This document shows positions 9,654-18,484 of a DNA stretch of 64,000 nt, in pieces; position 1 is the first letter of the stretch, and each line of letters opens with the position of its first letter. The stretch spans positions 24,873 to 88,872 of the forward strand of contig JBGGMJ010000082.1 of NCBI GenBank assembly GCA_041288095.1, read 5' to 3'. The position numbers and the translations under genes were made by a program. The notes under the pieces were generated by a model. The model searched no databases and was not told the origin of the DNA. It saw nothing but the letters and a program-made list of their open reading frames with translations. This DNA is from Myxococcota bacterium (GTDB taxonomy: Bacteria; Myxococcota; XYA12-FULL-58-9; JALHOP01).

Positions 9654-10679
9654 TTATTCGCCCGGCGCGTGGATACCGTGACGCCGCAGCAAGTCGGCAA
9701 GGTGACCTCGGTCCATGTCGGCGAGCCTTGCCGCCTTCGAGACGTTGCCGTGACAGTGCTCGTAGAGCTGCTTCAAGTAGCTGCGCTCGAAGTACGAGAT
9801 CACCGCGGCGCGCGCTTTGTTGTAGCTGACGATGGCGCCCTCTTCCGTGGTGTTGGCGACGGGGTCCGGCACCGTCCACACCACGCTCGGATTCTCGAGC
9901 GCCGCGATGTGGTCGAAGACACCGTCGTCGCCCATGGTCACCGCGGCGTCGACGAGGTTGCGCAGCTCGCGAACGTTGCCCGGCCAGGAGTAGCCGAGCA
10001 TCCGCTCCACCGTATCGTCCGGCACCAACCGCTCTAGCGGACCGGTGTACCCAGCGCGCCGCGCGAAGTGACGGATGAGCACCGGAATATCCTCGGGGCG
10101 GTCGCGCAGCGCCGGTGTTTGCAGCACGACGATGGCGAGGCGGTGATAGAGGTCTAGACGGAAGGTCTGCTTGCTGACGTCGGTGCGCAGGTTGCGGTTC
10201 GTCGCCGAGACGATGCGGGCCCGCAGTGCGATGTCGGTGTTGCCACCGATTCGCCGGAAGCTGCCGCGCTCGAGCACGCCGAGGAGCATCGCCTGCGACG
10301 CCGGCGGTAGCTCGCCGATCTCGTCGAGGAATACGGTGCCGTCACCCGCTTGCTCGAACGCGCCCGGGTGTCTGTCCACCGCGCCGGTGAAGGCGCCGCG
10401 CTCGTGGCCGAACAGCTCGCTACCGATCAGTGTCGGCGATAGCGAACCGCAATCGACGACCACGAACGGCTTGGCGGCCCGAGGGCTGAGCTCGTGAATA
10501 GCGCGTGCCACCAGCTCCTTGCCCGTGCCGGACTCGCCAGTGACCAGGATGGGGACCGATGCGCGCGCGCCCTTCTCGATGAGCGCGTGCAGGCGCTGCA
10601 CTTGGGCGGAAACGCCCTTCAGACCCGCGAGCTCGGGGCGAGGTATCGTACATGCAGCCAATTCTACAGCGCGGCTCAT
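9654..10679 (-). CDS. Sigma54-dependent activator (AAA+ and HTH) without an N-terminal sensor domain
   Basis: Motifs GESGTGKE, GAFTGA, FLDEIGE, WPGNVREL and a Fis-type HTH. Start is 10679 or the GTG at 10721. Confidence 0.88.
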   Translation of the reverse strand: MSRAVELAACTIPRPELAGLKGVSAQVQRLHALIEKGARASVPILVTGESGTGKELVARAIHELSPRAAKPFVVVDCGSLSPTLIGSELFGHERGAFTGAVDRHPGAFEQAGDGTVFLDEIGELPPASQAMLLGVLERGSFRRIGGNTDIALRARIVSATNRNLRTDVSKQTFRLDLYHRLAIVVLQTPALRDRPEDIPVLIRHFARRAGYTGPLERLVPDDTVERMLGYSWPGNVRELRNLVDAAVTMGDDGVFDHIAALENPSVVWTVPDPVANTTEEGAIVSYNKARAAVISYFERSYLKQLYEHCHGNVSKAARLADMDRGHLADLLRRHGIHAPGE

Positions 10680-10713
10680 GCCTCGTCCCTCACGCCGAAG
10701 GTTACGGTGCCTA

Positions 10714-11652
10714 TCAGCCACTGATCTTGCGCACGACCGCCATAGCGGTGTCGTGCAGGACTTTGGAAATGTTCGACATCATCTGCAGCGTCTGCTGCTG
10801 CTTTTGCAGCATGTTCTGCAGATCGACATTCGCTAGCTGCGCATCGTCACCAACGGAGTTGAGCTGTGATTCCAGATCGTCGATGAACCCGCTGAGCTCT
10901 TCCTTCGTTGGCCAAAGGTCGAGTCCGACTTTGTCCTCTCTGATCGGGACCAACCTACCCTCGGCATCGAGCTGCGGGATGGAAGCCCACCGTGACACGG
11001 CTTCGGCCGCACCTGGGTAGCGCGGCAGCCCAAAGTTGGGGTTCGGCCGCCGAACGCCGTCGGCACCGACGATAGAACGATCCATATCGATGGCATCGAG
11101 CGGGAACTTGATGGGATTGTTTGCGTTTTCGCCGTCTTCGGGCGCCCCGGCGTTGTCCGACAGGGCCTTGCGCAGGCCGGTGATGTCGGTGCGGATCTTC
11201 TTCTTGAGGTCGTTATAAAAGGCGACCTTCTGGGCGTAAAAGTTCAGGTCTTCGGTGCTCGAAAGGTACGACTCGCGCAGCACCTGCTGGACGAGATCGT
11301 TCACGTCGCGCGTTCCCTTCACGCCCAGACGGCCGACGAGCGCGGCGAAGTCATCCCGTGTGGTTTGATCGACCACAGCTGCGGTCGCGAGGCCCGCGGC
11401 GAACGCGCGAACTTCCCCGTCGCGGCCAAGCGCGGGCGGGTGAACGTCCGTGGTGCTCAGGCCATCCACCCGCGCTTGCGTCCGCACAAGCGCCAGCGAC
11501 ACAGGCGCGCGTTGCTCGTGGTCGACGGAGGCCGGGAGGGACGGCAGCTCACCCGTGTCCGGGATAGCGGTCTGCTCGCGAGCCGAGCCACCAACCTGCG
11601 ACACGGAGCTGACCAAGCGAGACGAACGGGTAGATTGGACCTGCGACAGCAT
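10714..11652 (-). CDS. Hypothetical protein with T3SS needle/EspA-like C-terminal helix
   Basis: GAGGAGG RBS before the ATG at 11652. C-terminus DLQNMLQKQQQTLQMMSNISKVLHDTAMAVVRKISG; Ser-rich N-terminus. Confidence 0.7.
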   Translation of the reverse strand: MLSQVQSTRSSRLVSSVSQVGGSAREQTAIPDTGELPSLPASVDHEQRAPVSLALVRTQARVDGLSTTDVHPPALGRDGEVRAFAAGLATAAVVDQTTRDDFAALVGRLGVKGTRDVNDLVQQVLRESYLSSTEDLNFYAQKVAFYNDLKKKIRTDITGLRKALSDNAGAPEDGENANNPIKFPLDAIDMDRSIVGADGVRRPNPNFGLPRYPGAAEAVSRWASIPQLDAEGRLVPIREDKVGLDLWPTKEELSGFIDDLESQLNSVGDDAQLANVDLQNMLQKQQQTLQMMSNISKVLHDTAMAVVRKISG

Positions 11653-11692
11653 GGTGCCTCCTCGAGCAAACGGGGTTTGTACGAAGGGGCAC

Positions 11693-11708
11693 TGCAGGGG
11701 TTGGGCCG
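11693..11708 (-). promoter_or_regulatory. Possible sigma54 -24/-12 promoter
   Basis: The minus strand reads CGGCCCAACCCCTGCA (GG-N10-GC spacing), about 40 nt before the ATG at 11652. The match is imperfect. Confidence 0.35.
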
Positions 11709-11855
11709 TCGGACATTTCCGTTGAGATTCCGCGTTCGTGCGAGAAACCAGCCTCTCTGTTGCTGGGTCGACCCACCAGGGTCGCTGCCGCATGTTTCAT
11801 GGCTCGACGCCGCTTCCTTGGCCTCGACTCGGCGTCGTCGAGCGTAGAGTGCTCC

Positions 11856-13181
11856 ATGCGCAAGCTCCCCTTCGTCGTCCTCGTAGCGAGCGTGACCGCG
11901 TGCGGTGCGCCCGAAGGAGACAATCTCTCGTCCTGGGCAGTGCGGCTCACGAACGCGTCGCCGTCCGCATCGCAAGCCCAGGTGATCGCGGATCGCATCG
12001 GCTCGACCGATCCACTCGACGCGGCCTGGGGAGCCTACCTGGCCGGCGATTTGGGCCTGACCTCTATGGCGGACGCACTCGTCGGGCTCACGCGGGACGG
12101 CCCCCTGCTTCGGGGCGCGGCGCTCGACGCGCTGGCTCGAGTCGGTGGCAGCATGCCCGATGCACGCCTGCGAGAGCTCATGCCGTTGGACCCAATGACC
12201 GCGATGGCGGTCGCGCTGCAAGAGCCGGCGGCGCATCGCGACCTCATCTTCGATGCCTTCGTGACCGCGCACGACACGCTGCCTGAAACCGTCGGCGACA
12301 TGTTGGCCTCGTCGGATCTCGCGACCTGGCGGGCCTACGCCAACGCCCTTGGCTGGCTCCGCGACCGTGAATTCGCGGCGACCCTGCTGGCCAGCCTCGA
12401 AACGTCGATCGATGTCGAGGTCGTTTCACCCGGCGATTTCATCGCTGGCTTCGGCTGCCGATGCGGTGGAGCGTTCGGCTCGTCCTGTCACGGCTTTGGC
12501 TACCAGCCCTTCACCGCCCTGCCTCCAGTCGGTACGTGGAGCATCCGCGAGGCGAATGACGACGCCTGCGTCGTACTCCTCCCCGGTCCGACTGACGTGT
12601 GTCTTGCGCGCGTCGAGGGGCGCTTCCAGGAGAGCGTGCGCGAGCGCGCCCTCGGAGGCTTACCTCTGCGTCACTGGGTGAGCAGCATCGGTCACGACGC
12701 GGCACTGGCGGCCGTGGATGACTACGGCGAGGACGACGGCGAGCTGCTCGACCCGCAAGCACCCGAGGAGGTGGAGGCAGTCGACGAGAACGATTTCGAC
12801 GGCGCCGGTGAGCCCGAGTCTCCCAGCCCGGAGACGCGCGAAGCCTGCCCGGCCGACGCCACCATCGCGGACGGAAAGCTCGACGCGGTGGAGAGCCCTT
12901 TGAACGACGAGCTGCTCGCGTACCTCTCGGCACTCCAAGGTGAATCGCTCCGTTTCGACGGACGGTTGTCGGTCCGCCACGTCTGGACCGGCGAAGAGGC
13001 CTACCGCGCGCGGGTGGAGAGCCTGCGCGACCGGATTCGCGCGGCGCACGCCACGCTCGGGCGAGCGCTAGCCGACGCCTATCTGCTACCCGACGGCTAT
13101 CACTCGATGGCCCCATCCATTCAGGTGTTCGCGACGGACGAACGCACCTGTGGCGCGACCTCGACGTTGCCCCGCCTCTGA
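11856..13181 (+). CDS. Hypothetical lipoprotein
   Basis: Lipobox MRKLPFVVLVASVTAC, with Cys-containing and acidic low-complexity segments. Confidence 0.65.
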   Translation: MRKLPFVVLVASVTACGAPEGDNLSSWAVRLTNASPSASQAQVIADRIGSTDPLDAAWGAYLAGDLGLTSMADALVGLTRDGPLLRGAALDALARVGGSMPDARLRELMPLDPMTAMAVALQEPAAHRDLIFDAFVTAHDTLPETVGDMLASSDLATWRAYANALGWLRDREFAATLLASLETSIDVEVVSPGDFIAGFGCRCGGAFGSSCHGFGYQPFTALPPVGTWSIREANDDACVVLLPGPTDVCLARVEGRFQESVRERALGGLPLRHWVSSIGHDAALAAVDDYGEDDGELLDPQAPEEVEAVDENDFDGAGEPESPSPETREACPADATIADGKLDAVESPLNDELLAYLSALQGESLRFDGRLSVRHVWTGEEAYRARVESLRDRIRAAHATLGRALADAYLLPDGYHSMAPSIQVFATDERTCGATSTLPRL

Positions 13182-13209
13182 GAGCGCCAACCGATCACCG
13201 GCGAGAACC

Positions 13210-13236
13210 CGAACACGCTGCGCGAGCGGCCGATAA
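13210..13236 (+). promoter_or_regulatory. Putative sigma28-like promoter
   Basis: CGAA-N15-GCCGATAA (exact FliA -10 consensus) upstream of the ORF at 13261. Confidence 0.6.
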
Positions 13237-13260
13237 GGAAGGCCAAGAACGGAGCATCCG

Positions 13261-13797
13261 ATGTTGACGAGTATTGCCAGAAACCGTGACCTCACCGAAG
13301 AAGCCCTCACCGCCGCGGCGTTCGAAGCCCACGACAAGCGCCTGCTCGGCACGCAAGAGGTCAATCAGCTCATTCGTGGCCGGGCGACTCCGGCCGTCCT
13401 TCAAAGCGCGAAGCTTGCCCTCGCCGCGAACGAGAAGCTCGCCGCCATGACCGCGCCGGGGGCTCCGGACAGCAGCGCCACGCTGCAGGCGGCCGCCATC
13501 GGGTTCATCGGGCCGAAGGATTTCGCCGTCACCGTCACGGGCGACAAGGTCGAGGCGGCGAGCAATCGCAACGACGTCACCAAGTTCCTGTTCATCACGC
13601 GCACGAACACCAGCTCCCTCCAGATCGAGACGTCCCGCGCCGACGCGCACGCCGCGGCGACCACGGCCGTCGCCGCCGCCAAGCGTGTGGTTGGGGCCAT
13701 CGAGGGGCAGCTCGCGGCCCAGGTCGGCGTCGAGACCGCGCTCTACGGCGTGATGGCGCGCACCGAGTCGTTGATCGAGCGCATCAAGGGGTTCTGA
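13261..13797 (+). CDS. Orphan hypothetical protein (178 aa), paralog of 9118..9651
   Basis: GGAG RBS and co-linear similarity to the 9118 ORF. Confidence 0.8.
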   Translation: MLTSIARNRDLTEEALTAAAFEAHDKRLLGTQEVNQLIRGRATPAVLQSAKLALAANEKLAAMTAPGAPDSSATLQAAAIGFIGPKDFAVTVTGDKVEAASNRNDVTKFLFITRTNTSSLQIETSRADAHAAATTAVAAAKRVVGAIEGQLAAQVGVETALYGVMARTESLIERIKGF

Positions 13798-13803
13798 TGT
13801 GCT

Positions 13804-15453
13804 CTAGACGCTGATCGCGCCTTTGCGGAACTCCGAGGCACCGATCTCGACGTTCACGACCGCCGGCAACGGCGAAGCGAAAGCGCGCTGTAACGCCGCG
13901 TCGATGTCCTTGGCGCGCGTCACGTGCTCGCCGTGGCAGCCGAGTCCCTGCGCGACGATGTCGTAACGGGTCTTGGCGAGCCCGGTGGCGACCGCGCGCT
14001 CCTCGCCGTACATGTCGATCTGGCCACGGCGGATCTGCGTCCAGGCGCCGTCGTTGCCGATGATGCACGTCACTTTGATGCCCTGACGCGCCATGGCTTC
14101 GAACTCGAAGCCGTTCAGGCCGAAGGAGCCGTCGCCCGATACGAGCACCACGTTGTGATCGGGCTTCGCGAGCTTGGCCGCCATAGCGTACCCTGGACCG
14201 ACACCCAGGGTGCCCAGCGGACCCGGGTCCATCCACGAACCAACGCCGTTCACGTCGAGGATGTAGGCCGCGGTCGCGACGAAGTCGCCGCCATCGCCGA
14301 CGACGATGGCCTTCTCACCCAGGTGCGCGTTCAACCGCGAGCACAGGTACATGGGATTGATCGGGTCACCGCTGTTCGTAAGCTCGGCCTTGTCCTTGCC
14401 GACGCGGCGCGCTTCGGCCTCGCGCATGGTGGCAAGCCAGGCCGACCGGTCGCTGCCCTTCCCGGCGAGCCGCGTTGCCAAGCCTTCGAGCACGAGCCCG
14501 GTGTCGCCGACGATGCCGATGTCGACTCGCCGATTGCGGCCAATCTCGCCGCCGTCGAGGTCGACCTGGATGAGCTTCACGTCCTTGCCGATGGCCTCAC
14601 CGTAGCCCAGACGGAAATCGAGCGGCGTCCCGAAGATGACGACGACGTCGGCCTGCGCCAGCGCGTCCTTGCGCGAGCGTGTGAAGCGGCACGGGTCACC
14701 GACAGGCATTGCACCGCGCGCCATGCCGTTCACGAAGGCCGGCATCGGCGACGCTTTCAGGAAAGCCGCGAGCGCCTCACGCTTGTGCGACCAGCGCCAC
14801 TGCGAGCCGACGATGAGCATCGGCTTCGCGGCGCCGCGAATCGCCTCGGCGGCGCGGTCGAGCATCGCCGGATCGCCCGCCGTCTTGGCCTCGGTGCGGT
14901 ATCCGTCATAACGGATGACGTCGTTCTCGTCGGCGCCCATGATCAGGATATCGAGCGGCATCTCGAGAAATACAGGGCCAGGGACGCCGGTGGTGGCGAC
15001 GCGGAACGCGGTCTGGATGTATTCGCCGAGTCGGCGGGTCTCGGGGACCGACACCGACCACTTGGTGATCGGCCGCATGAGCTCGACGTGATTCATGTCC
15101 TGCAGCGACCCACGGTCTTGGCCGCCGAACTGCGAAAGCATGCGGGCACCCTGACCGCCGATGAGCACCATGGGAACCTGAGCACGCTGCGCGTTCGCTA
15201 CAGCGGTCACGGCATCGGTCACGCCGGGACCCGCGGTCACCGCCGCGACACCCGGTTGCCCGGTGGCGCGCGCCCAGCCGTCGGCCGCGTGCGCCGCGCT
15301 CTGCTCGTGACGCGTATCGATGACGCGGATGCCGTGCGAGAGGCAGCCGTCGTAGATCATCTGAATGTGCCCGCCGCACAGCGTGAAAAGGTGCGAGACT
15401 TTTTCGGCGGCGAGGGCCTGGGCAACGATGTGGCCGCCTTGCAAGAACGCCAT
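13804..15453 (-). CDS. Thiamine-diphosphate enzyme (acetolactate synthase-like / 2-hydroxyacyl-CoA lyase-like)
   Basis: Motifs FTLCGGHI, DTRHEQSAAHAADG, TAGPG, PGPLGTLGVG and the ThDP motif GDGSFG...GND. Confidence 0.88.
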   Translation of the reverse strand: MAFLQGGHIVAQALAAEKVSHLFTLCGGHIQMIYDGCLSHGIRVIDTRHEQSAAHAADGWARATGQPGVAAVTAGPGVTDAVTAVANAQRAQVPMVLIGGQGARMLSQFGGQDRGSLQDMNHVELMRPITKWSVSVPETRRLGEYIQTAFRVATTGVPGPVFLEMPLDILIMGADENDVIRYDGYRTEAKTAGDPAMLDRAAEAIRGAAKPMLIVGSQWRWSHKREALAAFLKASPMPAFVNGMARGAMPVGDPCRFTRSRKDALAQADVVVIFGTPLDFRLGYGEAIGKDVKLIQVDLDGGEIGRNRRVDIGIVGDTGLVLEGLATRLAGKGSDRSAWLATMREAEARRVGKDKAELTNSGDPINPMYLCSRLNAHLGEKAIVVGDGGDFVATAAYILDVNGVGSWMDPGPLGTLGVGPGYAMAAKLAKPDHNVVLVSGDGSFGLNGFEFEAMARQGIKVTCIIGNDGAWTQIRRGQIDMYGEERAVATGLAKTRYDIVAQGLGCHGEHVTRAKDIDAALQRAFASPLPAVVNVEIGASEFRKGAISV

Positions 15454-15472
15454 AGCGGATTCCCCCGGGGTG

Positions 15473-16213
15473 TTACGCTGCTTGCGGAATCGGCGGCTTC
15501 TGCCTCAGCTGCCGCAAGTACTTCACGATGGTCCAGATGTTGAGCGCGCCCACCAAGAAGAAGACCACGACAACGACGAGCAAGGTCCCCTGGCCCTCGC
15601 CCGGCCGGACTCCGACCTGGATGATGCGCATGTTGGGGCGCTCTTCGGTGAAGAACTTCGCCTGGTAGCTCGCCAAGAGCTCCTCGTAGGCACGCTCGAG
15701 CTTCGGATCGACGGCGCGGCCGGTAACGGTCAGCTGCGTGACCAGGCCGTACTTCGAGGCGTCCGGCTCGGTCTCGATGAACACGCCGCGGGACCCGAGC
15801 AAGCGGAAGTACCAGAACTCGGCCTTGGTGAAGTTCAGGCCGCGAACGATCTTCTGCTGCATGCCGCGGTGCTCGGTGATGCCGGTGACCTTCACGTACG
15901 CGTTGTGCGGGATCTTCGAGGGATCCATCTCGGCGACATCGCCCAGCACCATCGGCTCTTCCGGTCCGGTCACCATGTAGACGACGAGGTCGCGATAGCC
16001 CCAAAGGAACCAGCCGCAGACGCCGAAGAACAGCGTCGCGAAGAGGATCTGGCGAGCTCCGCGCGAGCGCATGGCGCGGTAGCGCTCCATCTGCTCCTCG
16101 AGGCTCTCCGGCAAAGAATCGATGTCGATGTGCTTCGCCGGCTTGGCGGTGCTGTCGAAGTAGTCGAACTCCTTCATCGAGGGATTCGTTGGCGGCGGCT
16201 TGGACTGGGACAT
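15473..16213 (-). CDS. Hypothetical membrane protein (2 TM segments)
   Basis: Hydrophobic stretches ILFATLFFGVCGWFLW and LLVVVVVFFLVGALNIW, with typical codon bias. Confidence 0.75.
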   Translation of the reverse strand: MSQSKPPPTNPSMKEFDYFDSTAKPAKHIDIDSLPESLEEQMERYRAMRSRGARQILFATLFFGVCGWFLWGYRDLVVYMVTGPEEPMVLGDVAEMDPSKIPHNAYVKVTGITEHRGMQQKIVRGLNFTKAEFWYFRLLGSRGVFIETEPDASKYGLVTQLTVTGRAVDPKLERAYEELLASYQAKFFTEERPNMRIIQVGVRPGEGQGTLLVVVVVFFLVGALNIWTIVKYLRQLRQKPPIPQAA

Positions 16214-16252
16214 GCCGGCGCAGCCTGCCTCAATGTCTCGCGCGTTTCAAAC

Positions 16253-16280
16253 GCAACACAGAGGGCCGTGCACCCGAAAA
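16253..16280 (+). promoter_or_regulatory. Possible sigma28-like promoter (degenerate)
   Basis: GCAA-N16-CCCGAAAA upstream of the ATG at 16315. Confidence 0.35.
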
Positions 16281-16314
16281 TGAGGACCGAAGCGCGCTAA
16301 CGCCGAGGTTCACG

Positions 16315-16842
16315 ATGGTGACGTTTTTTCCTCTCAATGACCGAGCTCACCTCTGCAACGTCGCCGACCAGCTAGCCAAGTCCCGGACTTCGCTCGACGA
16401 TCCAAGCAAGCTTGCCATCATCCTCACCAAGGGCGGCAAGGTCGTGGTGGCCGGAGCAGACGCCCCCAGCCGGCCTGGCCGCGTCGACTTGCTCGCGGTT
16501 GCTCCCGGCGGCACGGAACAGCAGCGCATCATCGGCGAGGTCTACCAGGCCATCAAGGCGCCTCTCTTCTCCCTGGTCGCAAAGCTCAGCCTCGCGGGCT
16601 CCGCTGCTTGCGGCACCGGGGCGCTGCTCGCTCTCATGGAAGGCAACTGGCGTCTCAGCCTCACCCTGGCCGTCGTCGGGGTGTGGACCGGCGTCCCAGC
16701 GGCCTGCGAATACATGAAACAAGTCGCGGTCGGCGAGGGTGCGCGCCGCTCCTTGAAAGCGAACGGCGTCGACCTGTCGCAGGTCCACCCGGAGCCCGAG
16801 TCGAGCTTCGCCGAGGTCCTGGCCCGCTCGAGCGTGCCCTAG
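16315..16842 (+). CDS. Orphan hypothetical protein with a hydrophobic hairpin
   Basis: GAGG RBS before ATG 16315 and two hydrophobic segments. Confidence 0.6.
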   Translation: MVTFFPLNDRAHLCNVADQLAKSRTSLDDPSKLAIILTKGGKVVVAGADAPSRPGRVDLLAVAPGGTEQQRIIGEVYQAIKAPLFSLVAKLSLAGSAACGTGALLALMEGNWRLSLTLAVVGVWTGVPAACEYMKQVAVGEGARRSLKANGVDLSQVHPEPESSFAEVLARSSVP

Positions 16843-16863
16843 TGAAGCCTCGCCTCGTCCGCT

Positions 16864-16908
16864 AAAAACGAAGCGACCCGCGAGGCTCTCTCGAGCGTCG
16901 CGGGTCGT
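16864..16908 (-). terminator. Intrinsic terminator downstream of cdnL
   Basis: Stem CGACCCGCGA...TCGCGGGTCG followed on the minus strand by CTTCGTTTTT, between convergent genes. Confidence 0.75.
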
Positions 16909-16956
16909 CGTGGGTGTCTTGGTGAGCCGCCACCTGGGGCGGCATGCTCGGCGTAT

Positions 16957-17457
16957 TTACTGGTTGAAGATCTTCTTGAGCTCGTTCTCGACTTCTTCCT
17001 CGTCGCAGTTCTTGGCGACCGCGAGCTCTTTGATGAGCAGGCCACGGGCGTTGTCCAAGAGCTTGAGCTCGCAGAACGACAGATCCTTGTCGGTCTTGAG
17101 CAGATAGAGATCGCGAAGGACTTCCGCCACTTCGAAGACCGAGCCGGTCTTGATCTTCTCCATGTACTCACGGTACCGGCGATTCCAGGTCGTGGTGTCG
17201 ACGCTCAGGTCCTTCTCACGAAGGATCTTGAACACCTTCTCCACCTTGTCCTTGCCAATGACTTCGCGCAGGCCGACCTGGCGAACGTTGTTGGTCGGGA
17301 TCATGATTTTCATCCCGTTATCGAGGATGCGCAGAATGTAGAACTGCTGGTTGGTCCCGGAGATCTCGCGGTTTTCGATGGCCGTGACTTCACCCACGCC
17401 ATGGGCTGGGTAAACAGCCTTGTCGCCGACTTTGAAGGTCTGTGCTGTCTGCTGCAT
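16957..17457 (-). CDS. cdnL: CarD/CdnL family RNA polymerase-binding factor
   Basis: Motifs FKVGDKAVYPAHGVG and TWNRRYREYMEKIKTGSVFEVAEVLRDL. There is no HMGA tail, so it is CdnL-type. Confidence 0.93.
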   Translation of the reverse strand: MQQTAQTFKVGDKAVYPAHGVGEVTAIENREISGTNQQFYILRILDNGMKIMIPTNNVRQVGLREVIGKDKVEKVFKILREKDLSVDTTTWNRRYREYMEKIKTGSVFEVAEVLRDLYLLKTDKDLSFCELKLLDNARGLLIKELAVAKNCDEEEVENELKKIFNQ

Positions 17458-17538
17458 GCGAGATGTCTCCTTGTAGGACCCGGCCGGGCTAAACCGGTCT
17501 GGGTTTGGCCATCTTCGCTAGCTTTCGGCAATGAGCAG

Positions 17539-17692
17539 CCCCGAGTCTGCGTCAACGCGACGCGACTCGTCTCTGCACACTGGCGACGGCCGTTGAAGGC
17601 TGGACCAGATAGCGCCCACTCATGTCCGTGACGTACTGACTAGAGTGGACGCGAAAACTCGAGCGTCGTTGAGGGACAGAACCCCCAGGAAA
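17539..17692 (-). ncRNA. Candidate structured leader or sRNA upstream of cdnL
   Basis: Nested complementary segments TCAACG/CGTTGA, GCGTCCACTC/GAGTGGGCGC and CTGG..GCC/GGC..CCAG begin right after a sigma70-like promoter. Confidence 0.45.
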
Positions 17693-17700
17693 GCGCGCGA

Positions 17701-17730
17701 AATTTAGCACGGATTATCGGTCATCGTCAA
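17701..17730 (-). promoter_or_regulatory. Sigma70-type promoter for the cdnL leader
   Basis: The minus strand reads TTGACG-N18-TAAATT with an extended -10 TG. Confidence 0.6.
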
Positions 17731-17916
17731 CGCTTATAATGACCCACCAATGACCACCGCTTCGCGCTCGGGAAACCCTTATGAATCGCGTTGCTGGCCT
17801 AATGAACGCACGGGGACGTTGATAAATTCTGATGATCTTTCGTACGCGATGCCCGGCCGGCCTCGCCCGCGATCATCCCTTGCAACGTTGGGGCTGCCGG
17901 CGCGAAAACAGGCCCC

Positions 17917-18417
17917 ATGATCATCCGCCGCACGCTGCCGCTCCTATTCGCCATCGCGGTCACCGTCATGGCGCACGGTGCCCGGGCGCAAGGCATGTTC
18001 GATCAAGGCCGCGTCCGCGTCGGAGTCATGGTCGGCGCCGTCAGCTCCTTCAACCAGACTTACTTCTTGCTGGGCGCGAGCCTCGGCTACTTCGTCCTAC
18101 CCGGCCTCGAGGTGGGCGCGAGCTTCGACACCTGGCTCGGCAACTCGCCCAACGTCACGCGGGTCGCCCCAGAGCTGCGTTACGTGCTCGACATCGTCGA
18201 CGTGGTGAAGCCTTACCTGGGCGGTTTCTATCGCCGCTGGATCGTCGGCGACGGCATACGCGACCTCGATAGCGTGGGCGGCCGGGGCGGGCTCATCTTC
18301 GTGCAGGGTCAAAACGCCTTCATCCAGGCCGGCGCCGTCTACGAACACTACGTCTCGAGCTGCGACGTCGACTGCTCGAATTGGTACCCGGAGATCGGCA
18401 TCGCCCTGGTTTTCTGA
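17917..18417 (+). CDS. Small outer-membrane beta-barrel-like protein
   Basis: Signal peptide (ARA-Q), alternating aromatic beta strands and a C-terminal Phe. Confidence 0.75.
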   Translation: MIIRRTLPLLFAIAVTVMAHGARAQGMFDQGRVRVGVMVGAVSSFNQTYFLLGASLGYFVLPGLEVGASFDTWLGNSPNVTRVAPELRYVLDIVDVVKPYLGGFYRRWIVGDGIRDLDSVGGRGGLIFVQGQNAFIQAGAVYEHYVSSCDVDCSNWYPEIGIALVF

Positions 18418-18448
18418 GGGGTACGACGCCGCGTCACACCGCCTCATC

Positions 18449-18475
18449 GAAACATGTGTTCGTGCGGGTCGATAT
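18449..18475 (+). promoter_or_regulatory. Putative sigma28-like promoter
   Basis: GAAA-N15-GTCGATAT upstream of the ORF at 18485. Confidence 0.4.
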
Positions 18476-18484
18476 TCGACTCCA

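Noticed and set aside
17401..17631. Short ORFs in the cdnL upstream region
   Set aside because: They have no RBS or codon bias support, and the region is better explained as a promoter plus structured leader.
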